DNA of 63,837 bases from a virus (lineage: Duplodnaviria > Caudoviricetes). This document shows, piece after piece, positions 37,783 through 46,918 of this stretch (positions are counted from its first letter, which is position 1; every line of letters starts with the position of its first letter). The position numbers and the translations under genes are program-made. The notes beneath the pieces were generated by a model, which saw nothing but the letters and a program-made list of their open reading frames with translations, did not search any database and had not been told where the DNA came from. The stretch spans positions 1 to 63,837 of the IMG/VR virus record IMGVR_UViG_3300032289_001441, one strand, 5' to 3'.

Positions 37783-38269
37783 CAGTGCCCACCTTGAAAA
37801 CGTAGGTGAGCACGTTGCACGCCGCAGTCAGCTTGGCGCGGGTATCCTTGTCGATCGCCTTCACGTCAGCCCCGGCGGCACTCAAGAACACGGCGTCGAT
37901 CGCCTTGTCCAGGCCGGGGTACTTGCCGACGTTCTTTTTCTGGATGGCAAGCTGAAGCGAGCCGGCATGGAACACGGTGAACTTGTCGGTGTCGCCGATG
38001 ATCGGTGTCGATCGCTCGCCGTCCTGCGTGAGAACGAACCGAGTCGCGTCGTAGAACGCAGAGAGGTACTCACGGTCGCCAACCAGCATCTTGGGCAGGA
38101 TCGCCTTCAGTTCAGTCGCCCAGGCGAGCTGCTCGGTAGTCGGCTTCTCGGCGACAGCGACGGCCGCCGCCGGCTGCGGCATCTGAGGCCACTTCATGCC
38201 CAGCTCACCGCCACGCCACGCGAAAAACAGGATGATTCCGGCCACGATGTGCCTCGCTTCAAGTCTCAC
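37775..38269 (-). CDS. Hypothetical protein with N-terminal signal/TM
   Basis: Hydrophobic N-terminus; coupled. Confidence 0.65.
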   Translation of the reverse strand: MRLEARHIVAGIILFFAWRGGELGMKWPQMPQPAAAVAVAEKPTTEQLAWATELKAILPKMLVGDREYLSAFYDATRFVLTQDGERSTPIIGDTDKFTVFHAGSLQLAIQKKNVGKYPGLDKAIDAVFLSAAGADVKAIDKDTRAKLTAACNVLTYVFKVGTDG

Positions 38270-38538
38270 TTGTCGCTCCCGGCCACCAGGGCCAGCGTCA
38301 GGGTGTCAATGGCGGCCCTCTGTGGGCTCTTCTCGTCGCCCAGCAGGCCCGTGCTGTTCAGCCGGGTGCGAACCAGGGCAAGGTTTGAAATGGCTTCCTG
38401 ATAGCTCACAGACTCGCCCAGCGAGGGGACGGCCACCGCGGGCAGGCTGCCCCAGACCGACTTGACCACGGCGACGATCTTGGGCCACGCCACAACGACG
38501 GCCGCGATGATCGCGGCACCAATTTGCTCGTATGTCAT
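38266..38538 (-). CDS. Small membrane protein (holin candidate)
   Basis: N-terminal TM helix. Confidence 0.5.
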   Translation of the reverse strand: MTYEQIGAAIIAAVVVAWPKIVAVVKSVWGSLPAVAVPSLGESVSYQEAISNLALVRTRLNSTGLLGDEKSPQRAAIDTLTLALVAGSDK

Positions 38539-38828
38539 TTGATTTCCTGTGCGACGAGTGCGAACCAGTTAACGAGGGCCAAACCCTCGGGTGTTTTGAT
38601 GACGGCTTCGATCAGCCCAAGCACGTCGTTGTCTTTGTTGGTAGGAGTCTTGTCGGCAGCCAGCCGGAGGGCGGCGATGATCGCAACGGCCTTTTCGGCG
38701 GGCGTCTTCGCGACGGAGATGGCCTCTAGCTTCGCGAGCAGGGGAGCCCACTGAGCCAGGAGCGCGATCTTCCCCACGATGGATAACGCACCGTAGGCAT
38801 CGCCGAACTTCTCTTCACTTGCGTCCAT
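38535..38828 (-). CDS. Hypothetical protein
   Basis: Coupled ORF. Confidence 0.6.
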   Translation of the reverse strand: MDASEEKFGDAYGALSIVGKIALLAQWAPLLAKLEAISVAKTPAEKAVAIIAALRLAADKTPTNKDNDVLGLIEAVIKTPEGLALVNWFALVAQEIK

Positions 38829-38997
38829 TGCGATTCCGCTCCAGAAACTCTTGGTAAGCCCGACTAGCCGTCCGCCCCTCGCTCGTCAGCTTGCCGCGAG
38901 AGTACGGTTGATCGCGAACCAAGGCCATCAACGGAGTCGAGTCGTTGCCGCGGCGACTCTCGAACTCACGCTTGTCGATGTCCTCTTCGTCGGTCAT
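38815..38997 (-). CDS. Hypothetical protein
   Basis: Coupled ORF. Confidence 0.55.
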   Translation of the reverse strand: MTDEEDIDKREFESRRGNDSTPLMALVRDQPYSRGKLTSEGRTASRAYQEFLERNRNGRK

Positions 38998-39188
38998 CAG
39001 TCACCATGAACCATGAAATTCACGCCGTCGTAGGCGTCGTCGAATACCGCCCTGGCAAACTCGCGAGCCTCAGTCTTGCCGATCTTTCGCCCGAACGTCC
39101 AAATCTCGTCATCGACGATTTCGTCGCCTTTGCTGATCGTCAGCCGCGCCTCTGTCGGAGCAATCACGAGCCGTACTTCTGCCAGCAT
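38997..39188 (-). CDS. Hypothetical protein
   Basis: AAGGAG RBS. Confidence 0.6.
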   Translation of the reverse strand: MLAEVRLVIAPTEARLTISKGDEIVDDEIWTFGRKIGKTEAREFARAVFDDAYDGVNFMVHGD

Positions 39189-39462
39189 CGTTGTCTCCTT
39201 GGGTAGGTAGTTTCATTCTACCAAGACGCAGCTCCCTCTCGGCGGGATGCCAGCCAGCGCGAATCTTCGCGCATTCCAAACGAATCTGAGCCTCGGTCGG
39301 CAAAAAGCACTCCGGTGCCGTCCGCTCGGGCAGCGACAGAATCACGGTCGCCGCCGCCAGCTCGTCAGCCGTGAAGTCCAGCTCGACGCATATTTCCTCG
39401 AGCGTCGAGTCGCCCTTCCATAGACGCCGCAAACTGCGCTTCTGGTTTGCGGTCAACTTCAT
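39109..39462 (-). CDS. HTH-like hypothetical protein
   Basis: LW...T.EEIC.EL; PT...I...A..I.A.W.P.ERE.R similar to 41785-42129. Confidence 0.55.
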   Translation of the reverse strand: MKLTANQKRSLRRLWKGDSTLEEICVELDFTADELAAATVILSLPERTAPECFLPTEAQIRLECAKIRAGWHPAERELRLGRMKLPTQGDNDAGRSTARDCSDRGAADDQQRRRNRR

Positions 39463-40331
39463 GGGAGAATCGCGATGTACCTCGAGCCTGGATTCAGAAA
39501 AAGCTGGTAGCCGGCCTGCTGCATCGCCTTGTGGTGGAAGACGTGCTCGCAGTCGCCGCCCTCGTAGACGCCGGCTAGATACGCCTCTCTGCGGTATAGG
39601 CAGAGTCCGCCGAACGCCGAATTCATCGGGATCGGGTCGCTCCCTACCGGCGGCATGAGCGCGTGAAACCAGTTGTGAGCGCGGCTATCTTCCCACCAGT
39701 TAAGACGGGAAGCCCAGCTATCGTAGGCCGCGATTCCAAACGGCCCCTTACCATTGCCTTCATCCCGCATGAACAGCGAGTGGCTCGCCATCGCCCCAGG
39801 CTCCCGCCTGTGAAACGATTCGCCAAGCATCTCGCAGAACCACCCGAGGCTGTTGAGCACGCCGTCGACACTGAAGCCGCCATGTGGATCGGTGTCCAGC
39901 ACCATGACGTAGCCGGCATCGGCCGCGTTTCTCCGCACCCACTCCTGGCACTTTGTGCGGCATTTCGCCAGCCGCACAGTCCTCTCAGGTTCAAAACCCC
40001 TTGAGTCCTCGCCTCCGAGCGTATCGTGCTCGACAGTCACCCACTGCCGGATGGCGAAGTGGTCAAGCACCTTTGCCGTCTCATCCGTCGAATCATTCTC
40101 ATAAATGTAGAACGAGCAGTCGCGCCACAAGCCGGCCAGCTCGTCGACAAGGCGGAGCGTATTGGTTAGGTAAGGCATCGCGTTACGGCAGATGCTGACC
40201 ACTGCCAGCTTCTGCCGGCGGGCCTCGACGCGACCGTATTCGACGTGTTCCTTGTATGACTTGACGTAATCGACATCCCAGAAATCCTCTGGCCGGCGAA
40301 CCGTCATGCCGGGTCGGTATCGAAAGCTCAC
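39459..40331 (-). CDS. Glycosyltransferase (CAP59/GT69-like)
   Basis: YENDS.D.T, R..RLA..R, LD.D, SAFGG..LY, CEHV.FH, NP motifs. Confidence 0.75.
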   Translation of the reverse strand: MSFRYRPGMTVRRPEDFWDVDYVKSYKEHVEYGRVEARRQKLAVVSICRNAMPYLTNTLRLVDELAGLWRDCSFYIYENDSTDETAKVLDHFAIRQWVTVEHDTLGGEDSRGFEPERTVRLAKCRTKCQEWVRRNAADAGYVMVLDTDPHGGFSVDGVLNSLGWFCEMLGESFHRREPGAMASHSLFMRDEGNGKGPFGIAAYDSWASRLNWWEDSRAHNWFHALMPPVGSDPIPMNSAFGGLCLYRREAYLAGVYEGGDCEHVFHHKAMQQAGYQLFLNPGSRYIAILP

Positions 40332-40945
40332 TTGAGCGCCTCCAGCATGGCGGCCTTGCGGTCGGGGAAACAGGTGGCGTGGAAAAAGCGACAGTCCGCA
40401 AAACCCCTGGCGTCTCTGCGGTGCGGGTTCCATTCATACGGCAGTTGCGCCCAGGCCCGGCCCGCGGGCACCTCGACGGTCGTGGCGTCGGGGTCGCCGC
40501 CGAGGGCTGCGATGAGAGCCGCCTGCTCCCACCAGCCGCTCGAGCGGCGGAACCCTGTCAGAGGCCAGAGGGACAGGAGCAGCTCCTCAGATTCCTTGCG
40601 AGCGATCCACACGCCGCAGTTTGGGACGGCACCGTCTTCGGTGTGATGAACGACAAGGCCCATCGGGGCGTCGGCGGGCAAGTCGTCAGCGATGTCCCGA
40701 CCGTAATCAAGAATCACAACGTCGGCGTCAAGCCAGAGCACCGTGTCATAGCCGGCAGAGAAGAGCGAGACGATCAGCGGCACCTTCCCCCAGGATGGCG
40801 GCCTGTTCATCGTAGAAAACTGATCGCCCGACGGAACGAACAAGTCATACCCGTGCGTCTGTGCGTACCACGCGAATGTCGGCAGCGATATGTCCAGCAG
40901 TTCGGCCATCGGCCCCATCCCGAACGTACAGAGTGCCTTCTTCAT
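40328..40945 (-). CDS. Glycosyltransferase (GT34/MNN10-like)
   Basis: W.KV, WLDAD, N.GV, WEQAAL motifs. Confidence 0.8.
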   Translation of the reverse strand: MKKALCTFGMGPMAELLDISLPTFAWYAQTHGYDLFVPSGDQFSTMNRPPSWGKVPLIVSLFSAGYDTVLWLDADVVILDYGRDIADDLPADAPMGLVVHHTEDGAVPNCGVWIARKESEELLLSLWPLTGFRRSSGWWEQAALIAALGGDPDATTVEVPAGRAWAQLPYEWNPHRRDARGFADCRFFHATCFPDRKAAMLEALK

Positions 40946-41463
40946 TGCTTCCACCCCATGAATAAGACGCGACCCTTGCCATCGGCGTCGGTCGCCGTGT
41001 GCGCGAACTTCGCCGCAATCGCCTGCTGCATCTCTGGCGGGAGCTGCTCGTAGTCGTGGATCGCTAGGCCGCTCGCGATCTCGGCGCAACCCAGGTACTC
41101 GAAGAAGGCCGCCGGCCCGTGGACAGCGTCGTGGAAAACGAAGTCGAACTGCCCCGGCAGGCAGGAGGACAGGAATTCGCCGGCACTGGCCGCCACCGGC
41201 TTGATGTTCGTGAGTCCGAGCGTGGCCCAGTAGGTTGCTCGCATCGCCTCCGAGACCGTGTCGCACAGATCGACGGCGGTGATCGTCGAGCCGGGGGCCG
41301 CCCAGGCCATCGCCGCGGCCGATCGGCCCTCGTGGCTGCCGAGTTCAAGGATTTGCCACGCCTGCCCTTCGACGGCCTCGCAGAGCATCCGAATATGCTT
41401 TCGATCGGTCGTCATCGGGTGCGAGTCGTCTAGGGAATCGACGAATTCACGCCAGCCTGTCAT
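40942..41463 (-). CDS. Class I SAM-dependent methyltransferase
   Basis: LELGS..G.S, FDFVFHDA.H, HDY motifs. Confidence 0.8.
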   Translation of the reverse strand: MTGWREFVDSLDDSHPMTTDRKHIRMLCEAVEGQAWQILELGSHEGRSAAAMAWAAPGSTITAVDLCDTVSEAMRATYWATLGLTNIKPVAASAGEFLSSCLPGQFDFVFHDAVHGPAAFFEYLGCAEIASGLAIHDYEQLPPEMQQAIAAKFAHTATDADGKGRVLFMGWKQ

Positions 41464-41753
41464 GGAAGAGTCTCCAGAAATGCCTTTGCCTCGGCCGCCG
41501 ATGTCACGACGGCCACTGGGCATCCTGCCGATGCGAGTTCCCGCATCCGGTGATTCTGGATTTTCGTCGGCTCTTCGCCTGGGCGTTTGCACTCAAGCCA
41601 GACGGCGCGGCCATCCTTGATCATCAGCACGTCGGGCACGCCCGACATGGTGAATGCGTTGCCGTGGAACTTCGTGACCCAGAAGCCCGAGGCGCGTCCC
41701 TGCGCCATAACATTGGCAACTATGGTTCGCTCCAGGGGAGCTTTCCGTTGCAT
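41460..41753 (-). CDS. VRR-NUC domain nuclease
   Basis: G.PD, E.K.PG...T..Q motifs. Confidence 0.85.
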   Translation of the reverse strand: MQRKAPLERTIVANVMAQGRASGFWVTKFHGNAFTMSGVPDVLMIKDGRAVWLECKRPGEEPTKIQNHRMRELASAGCPVAVVTSAAEAKAFLETLP

Positions 41754-41759
41754 TCTCTG

Positions 41760-41788
41760 ATTGTCTTACACGGTAGTCCCGTGGTCAA
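41760..41788 (-). promoter_or_regulatory. Sigma70 promoter
   Basis: TTGACC-17-GACAAT on minus strand. Confidence 0.6.
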
Positions 41789-42129
41789 GAAGAAAAGACA
41801 TACTGCTCGCGATGAAAGTAGAAGTGGGGAACCTCGAAAGGCTTGTGGCGGCAGCCTACCCGTCTGGCCTCGCGCTCTGCGGGCGTCCAAGTCGCCTGGA
41901 TGGCGGCTGTCGCTTCGGCTATTTCTTCCAAAGTCGGGTCGGGGGTCTCAGTGACGCGAGGTGCGTTGAATCGCGGCGGCCGGCGTCCGAGTGCGTGCTT
42001 ACGGGCGAGGTTAAACAGGTGGCCGCGTGTGCAGCCGAGTTCGGCACAAATCTGATCGCTCCGCATCTCGCTCTTCCAAAGTCGGACGAGGTGTTTCAGG
42101 TCGATTGGGGGGCAGTGCATGCGATTCAT
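41785..42129 (-). CDS. HTH (GcrA-like N-terminus) protein
   Basis: L..LW.....QI..ELG.TR pattern. Confidence 0.55.
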   Translation of the reverse strand: MNRMHCPPIDLKHLVRLWKSEMRSDQICAELGCTRGHLFNLARKHALGRRPPRFNAPRVTETPDPTLEEIAEATAAIQATWTPAEREARRVGCRHKPFEVPHFYFHREQYVFSS

Positions 42130-42145
42130 CCTTGAGAACGAGGGG

Positions 42146-42763
42146 TTACGAAACAGAGTCATCCAGGGCGGCCTTGTACATATAGCTTTCGTCGCGAGAT
42201 ACATCCCATTCGCCGCTCTCGCAGCGATAAATCTCTGACTGCCCCCGGTATCCACGATCCCGCGGATTTGGGTTGCCGCCGACGAAGTAAGCATCCTTCC
42301 ATGCGATTCTGTTTGTCGGCAACGCGCAGAGGTTGCCGTTGTCCAGTGCGAGCACATGAGCACACTTGTTCTGCTCCGGCCGCAGGACGAACCCAGGCTT
42401 CTCTGCCGAGTCGGGCAGCCAGTCGACGGTGAAGAGATAAGCCCCAGGCTGCGAGCCGCTGCGTGTGTATGCAATGCACCTGTGGTCTCGCAAGTAGTCG
42501 AACACATGGACTATCGGGCGGCTCGAGAAGCAGTCCCATAGCTGGCAGTCGCCCAGCGGCATCTCGACCGCATCGGGACGCAGGGCGATGGCGTGGATCG
42601 GGACGCCACGGTAATGGGCACCGCTGATCATCATGCAGTGGAACCCAAGGGCACGTCCGCCGACGCTCTGAATCGCGAATGCGTAAGCCTCTTCGACGCC
42701 GCTTGAGTCGGCGATATGGGGGAGTCTTACCCAGCATCGGAGCGTTGGGATGTCGGCGTTCAC
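42146..42763 (-). CDS. Conserved phage hypothetical protein
   Basis: GTGA start; NA.IP, GRAL.FH, QLWDCFS, Y.FTVDW, PTNR motifs. Confidence 0.7.
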   Translation of the reverse strand: MNADIPTLRCWVRLPHIADSSGVEEAYAFAIQSVGGRALGFHCMMISGAHYRGVPIHAIALRPDAVEMPLGDCQLWDCFSSRPIVHVFDYLRDHRCIAYTRSGSQPGAYLFTVDWLPDSAEKPGFVLRPEQNKCAHVLALDNGNLCALPTNRIAWKDAYFVGGNPNPRDRGYRGQSEIYRCESGEWDVSRDESYMYKAALDDSVS

Positions 42764-43263
42764 TTGAGTCGCTCCAGAAGCTTGCGGAGCGTGGCGGATC
42801 GGTCGCTCCACAATCCGGCAAATGACTGACGGCCATCGCACGCGACATTAAGACTCGCTTCAACGTCACACGCCGACACAGCCATCGTGATCGCCTCCCG
42901 CTCCTCGTCGGTCAGCGTACACTCTTTCTGCACACTACCCTCGCTGGGTGTCGTGTCCCGATTCGTATTAGTGTTCGCGCGTTTCTCGTCGCTTTTCTCA
43001 TATGACTGGCTCTCCCATTCCGGCCGCAGCCTGACGAGCAGCGATCGCATTACGCCGTAGACGCTCATGCTGGCGATTCTGCCGTCCTCGACCACACACT
43101 CGATCGCATCGATCTCCGCCTCGGACATGGCTTCATCCATCGTCACGGTCACGTTGCCGTCGCAGACAGAGAGCGTGGCGTCTTGGTCTGCAAGGCGGCG
43201 GATGGCATCGCGGAGGCGGGCGATTTCAGCTACGGCATCTTTCAGCATCTCGCGATTAGTCAT
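42760..43263 (-). CDS. Hypothetical protein
   Basis: Coupled; LTDEEREAI motif. Confidence 0.65.
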   Translation of the reverse strand: MTNREMLKDAVAEIARLRDAIRRLADQDATLSVCDGNVTVTMDEAMSEAEIDAIECVVEDGRIASMSVYGVMRSLLVRLRPEWESQSYEKSDEKRANTNTNRDTTPSEGSVQKECTLTDEEREAITMAVSACDVEASLNVACDGRQSFAGLWSDRSATLRKLLERLK

Positions 43264-43487
43264 TTTCCACTTTCCAGAATGGCACGGTCAGCCTCTTCGG
43301 CAGAGAACGACGACTTCGCGTACTTCAGATCGACGACGTTGGGGTAGTGCCGCATGAGTCGCTTCGCCTCGTCACGAACCGCCTTCGGGATTCGCTTGAT
43401 GCCGTTCTCGATGTACGGCGTCGACAGACGGAAGAGAAACTCTCTCACGTTAATGACGGCACGAGTGCGTTCGTAGGGGAGCGTCAT
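43260..43487 (-). CDS. BPSL0761-family-like protein
   Basis: MT.P.ERTRA, RIP..VR..A..L.RHYP signature. Confidence 0.7.
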   Translation of the reverse strand: MTLPYERTRAVINVREFLFRLSTPYIENGIKRIPKAVRDEAKRLMRHYPNVVDLKYAKSSFSAEEADRAILESGK

Positions 43488-43708
43488 CGACCTTTCTCCA
43501 TCTCAATGAGACGCTCATCAAGAGACTTGTTCACGTCTCTCAGCGCCTCAATCAGCACTCGCTGCTGCTGGTTTTCTTTGACCAACGCATGGAGCCGGTT
43601 CTCGCGATGCACATAGGTGCCGCGGTGCCGCTCAAGCTCGGCACGCAGTTCGCGAATCTCGCGGCGGTTGAATAGCCAGTCAAGAACCTGACCAATCAGA
43701 TCGTTCAT
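43484..43708 (-). CDS. Coiled-coil hypothetical protein
   Basis: Coupled ORF. Confidence 0.6.
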   Translation of the reverse strand: MNDLIGQVLDWLFNRREIRELRAELERHRGTYVHRENRLHALVKENQQQRVLIEALRDVNKSLDERLIEMEKGR

Positions 43709-43805
43709 GTTCGCTCCCAGGCGTTGACGGTCTCGCTGTGTGCTCCCTCGCGAGCTAGGGGCGGCGGCAGACGAGAACCGCCGCCCCCAGCGTGGCGAAG
43801 ACGTA

Positions 43806-44132
43806 TCAGTTGCTCGTGTAACGAAGGACGGCGAACCAGCCGCGGCGAGTCGGCGAGTAGCTCACGCCGCGCTCGACGATGCGGTAACGACCGCGGACAG
43901 CTTCGGAGTAAAAGCACGCATTCTTCTCCGCAGCCTCGGGGCTGACCGTCGAGAAACCGATACCCTCCCGGCGACCGCCGAGGACGCGGCAGTGCTTGAG
44001 CTGACCCGTGCGGGCACACTCATCGGCCGTCGCCTGGGCGCTGACCACGGTGGTCGTCGTCACGATGACGTTCTCGGCCGAGGCGATCGTCGTGGAGCAG
44101 GCGATGGCGAACGCAAGAAAAAAGGAACGCAT
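43806..44132 (-). CDS. Secreted hypothetical protein
   Basis: Signal peptide; AAGGAGG RBS; own promoter. Confidence 0.7.
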   Translation of the reverse strand: MRSFFLAFAIACSTTIASAENVIVTTTTVVSAQATADECARTGQLKHCRVLGGRREGIGFSTVSPEAAEKNACFYSEAVRGRYRIVERGVSYSPTRRGWFAVLRYTSN

Positions 44133-44174
44133 GGGAATCCTCCTTGAAATGAAACGGGAAACAAACCGGCCGGC

Positions 44175-44203
44175 ATTGTCTGGCGCGGTAGCCTGACTGT
44201 CAA
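44175..44203 (-). promoter_or_regulatory. Sigma70 promoter
   Basis: TTGACA-17-GACAAT on minus strand. Confidence 0.7.
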
Positions 44204-44205
44204 GG

Positions 44206-44412
44206 CTAATCAATGCCTTCGACGAACTTGCGCATCTCCGTCGCGTAGACCTCGACTGACTCTGCTAGCAGATAAGAAGCAGTCGCCAGCCCGTGGGCAT
44301 CAACTTGCTGCGCAGCCTTCGCAGTCGCCTTAATCGCCGGAATCGTCGTAGACAACATTCTCTCGATGTTCATCATCCGCATCGCGATGAGGATTTTGTC
44401 TTCGGGGGTCAT
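44206..44412 (-). CDS. Hypothetical protein
   Basis: ATGA coupling. Confidence 0.55.
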   Translation of the reverse strand: MTPEDKILIAMRMMNIERMLSTTIPAIKATAKAAQQVDAHGLATASYLLAESVEVYATEMRKFVEGID

Positions 44413-44816
44413 GCCTTGTGCGCCTCTCGCCACGTCCCATCGGGCATCCGGTCGAAGGTCGCATAGAGAATCCCCAGGCGGTTTGCGAGCGATACCATCG
44501 TCGGCCGGAACACGGCGACGTACTCGTGGTCGCGGAAAACGCCCTCCGTCCGCAGGCCGGCGGTGCAGAGCGTAGCCACTCCGCGGCGGCGGTAGGCCGG
44601 CGAGACGAACGCCTCGAGCGTCGGTATCTCGTTCCACATCTCGCTCCTGGCCCAGCCAATGATTTCGCCTTGATCTAGGCAGATGGCGATCGTGCCGGTC
44701 ACGGTGCCGGCGAGCAGTGCCCGTTGGAAATCGGACTCCGGCCGAGTCAGGTGATCGGCGATGAATCGCCGCTCTGAGGATCGCAGATGGTCGGTCTTGA
44801 GAACGAAGAGTTCCAT
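44409..44816 (-). CDS. GNAT-family acetyltransferase
   Basis: FV.P.YRRRGVAT acetyl-CoA motif. Confidence 0.75.
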   Translation of the reverse strand: MELFVLKTDHLRSSERRFIADHLTRPESDFQRALLAGTVTGTIAICLDQGEIIGWARSEMWNEIPTLEAFVSPAYRRRGVATLCTAGLRTEGVFRDHEYVAVFRPTMVSLANRLGILYATFDRMPDGTWREAHKA

Positions 44817-45490
44817 TACTTCTCAAGCTCCCGCAGCACGCTCTCGATAATCGGGTTGCGGACGATGTCGCAGCCCTTGAACTCGATGACCCCGACGCCC
44901 TTTAGTCCCGAGAGCCGCTGCATCACGTCGATGAGTCGTCGCTCGCTCCTGGGGAGGTCGGACTGATCGGCATCGCCAGTGATGATGATCTGGCTGCCCT
45001 GGCCCATGCGGGTGAGGAACAGCTTGAGCTGCCCGAAGGTTGCGTTCTGGGCCTCATCGAAGATCATCACTGACTTGTTGAACGTCCTGCCGCGGAGATA
45101 TGCCAGCGGCGCGATCTTGACCGCCCCGCTGATCCGGTCGCGGGTATGGCCGCGTTTGCCGGCGATCCTCTCGAGCGCGTCGAAAAAGGGCACGAGATAC
45201 GGGCCGACTTTCTCCTCCGCACTACCCGGCAAGTAGCCGAGCTGCTCAGTCGCCACGCTCGGCCGCGTGATCACGATATTCTCCACCTTCCCGTCAACGA
45301 GCTGCTGCACGGCGTAGCCGCTGGCGAGGTGTGTTTTCCCCGTGCCGGCTGGGCCGAGCACGAACGTGATCACGCTCCTGCCGATCACCTCGAGCGCGTG
45401 GGCCTGGGCCTTCGTGCGTGCGGAGTAGCCCTCCGGCGGCGGCGGCGGTGCGGGCTTCTTTTTGGCTTGGCGTTCGCGCTTGCGGGTCAA
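44816..45490 (-). CDS. phoH: PhoH-family ATPase
   Basis: GPAGTGKT, LGYLPG, YLRGRTF, DEAQN, TGD..QSD, DIVR motifs; TTG start. Confidence 0.92.
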   Translation of the reverse strand: MTRKRERQAKKKPAPPPPPEGYSARTKAQAHALEVIGRSVITFVLGPAGTGKTHLASGYAVQQLVDGKVENIVITRPSVATEQLGYLPGSAEEKVGPYLVPFFDALERIAGKRGHTRDRISGAVKIAPLAYLRGRTFNKSVMIFDEAQNATFGQLKLFLTRMGQGSQIIITGDADQSDLPRSERRLIDVMQRLSGLKGVGVIEFKGCDIVRNPIIESVLRELEK

Positions 45491-45747
45491 GGTGCAGTCC
45501 TTATGAAGATGGGGCCGTTCTCGCCGACATACGCTCCGAGCGTGTTGAAGGACAGGAACTCGTCGGCCTCCTCGTGCGACATCCCGTCGCGGTCGACGAG
45601 TACCTCGATGCACTTGTCGTAGTCGTAGACGGCGACGTGTGCGTGATGATGGTTCAGCGTGTAGCCGATGAATGCGTCCTCAAGCCCGTCAGCCAGGAGG
45701 GCTTCTGGGTTGATCTCGCCGAGAGCTTCGAGCAGTTCTTCGTTCAC
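45487..45747 (-). CDS. Conserved phage hypothetical protein
   Basis: ADG..DAFIG, FN..GAYVGE..P motifs. Confidence 0.75.
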   Translation of the reverse strand: MNEELLEALGEINPEALLADGLEDAFIGYTLNHHHAHVAVYDYDKCIEVLVDRDGMSHEEADEFLSFNTLGAYVGENGPIFIRTAP

Positions 45748-45832
45748 TTCACGATCCTGAATTCAGAACATCCGCACTTCGGGCACGGGCCGTTCGACTG
45801 CTTCGGTTCGTTGCAGCGGTTGCAGAAGCGGG

Positions 45833-46078
45833 TCATGGGGACTGCCATTCGTAAACGGCGTAATCCAAACTCAGGTCGCTAAGAAAATCATCGCCTGGGT
45901 AGCTGCTCCTGAATCCAACAAGGCCGTACTGACCTTTGCTCGTTCGCACCGCGCCCAAAAGGTCTTCAATTGCAATGACCGGCTCACGGCTCCCATCAAG
46001 CGGGCCGCCGTAGAACTCAGGGATAGCAAACAAGGTGCTTGACGAAGGTTCTAGGCGTAGGTGCGCTGTTAGGCTCAT
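45833..46078 (-). CDS. Hypothetical protein (GGP.DG motif)
   Basis: ATGA coupling. Confidence 0.55.
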   Translation of the reverse strand: MSLTAHLRLEPSSSTLFAIPEFYGGPLDGSREPVIAIEDLLGAVRTSKGQYGLVGFRSSYPGDDFLSDLSLDYAVYEWQSP

Positions 46079-46290
46079 TGCCGCTGCCTCCACTCAAGCC
46101 AATCGGCCGCCTTCTCGAGCCACGCCGCGGCTCGCCGCAGAGCCTCTGGATTTTCGCTGTAGTCGTGGTCATCCTCAGTCGGCGGAATTGAGTCGAACCG
46201 AACGTCGACATACGGTGCCGCCCCCTCTTCGTCGCGGCAGATCAGAGCGAAACGCTCGTCGTCGATGTCGATGGGGTCTGGTGCGTTCAT
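46075..46290 (-). CDS. Hypothetical protein
   Basis: GGAG RBS. Confidence 0.6.
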   Translation of the reverse strand: MNAPDPIDIDDERFALICRDEEGAAPYVDVRFDSIPPTEDDHDYSENPEALRRAAAWLEKAADWLEWRQRQ

Positions 46291-46402
46291 TCGTCATCTC
46301 CCGTCATGTAGGGCAGGAGGCTGAAGTAACAGACGGCCCCGACGGCAACGAGCAGAGTCGTGACGTTGAGCCAGATGCTCATGTGTGATTCGATGGGTGT
46401 CA

Positions 46403-46699
46403 TCACTCACCATTCAGGAAGCCGAGCCATGTTCGGGCCGGCTTCCGCAGCTCGGCGACTTCGGCGAGCAGGCTGTTGATCGCCGTCTCGGCGTTCTCAA
46501 GCCGAACAGTCAACGCAGCGACTGACTTCGTCAGCGCGACAACCATGCGGTCGGTCGATTCACCCTCCTCGCGGAGTTCGTGAATCGCCTGGGCGATGCC
46601 GGCGATGGTCTTCTCAACGCTGCACTCGGGATTCCTCTTTGCCACTAGAAAACCTCCTTGCTTGAAGAAACGAACCAGAACAGAAAGCCGGTCATTCAC
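46403..46699 (-). CDS. Hypothetical protein
   Basis: GTGA coupling to csrA. Confidence 0.55.
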   Translation of the reverse strand: MNDRLSVLVRFFKQGGFLVAKRNPECSVEKTIAGIAQAIHELREEGESTDRMVVALTKSVAALTVRLENAETAINSLLAEVAELRKPARTWLGFLNGE

Positions 46700-46884
46700 G
46701 ACGCGGCCTCCTCCGTTTTCGGAGGAGCACGGTAGATCAGTTCCTCGCGGATGATCTTGACGTGCTTGGGTGCGTCGATGACGAGCCTGACCGTCTTGCC
46801 GACGACAGACTCGACCGTGATCTCGATACGCGGCCGATCAAGAATGAGCTTCTGACCGGGCCTACGAGTAAGACAGAGAGCCAT
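46696..46884 (-). CDS. csrA: Carbon storage regulator CsrA/RsmA homolog
   Basis: L.LTRRPGQ.., I.ITV, VRL.IDAP..V.I.REEL signature. Confidence 0.88.
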   Translation of the reverse strand: MALCLTRRPGQKLILDRPRIEITVESVVGKTVRLVIDAPKHVKIIREELIYRAPPKTEEAAS

Positions 46885-46918
46885 GTGGGGAATCCTTTCC
46901 GCTGTGGTGCCCAGTAGC

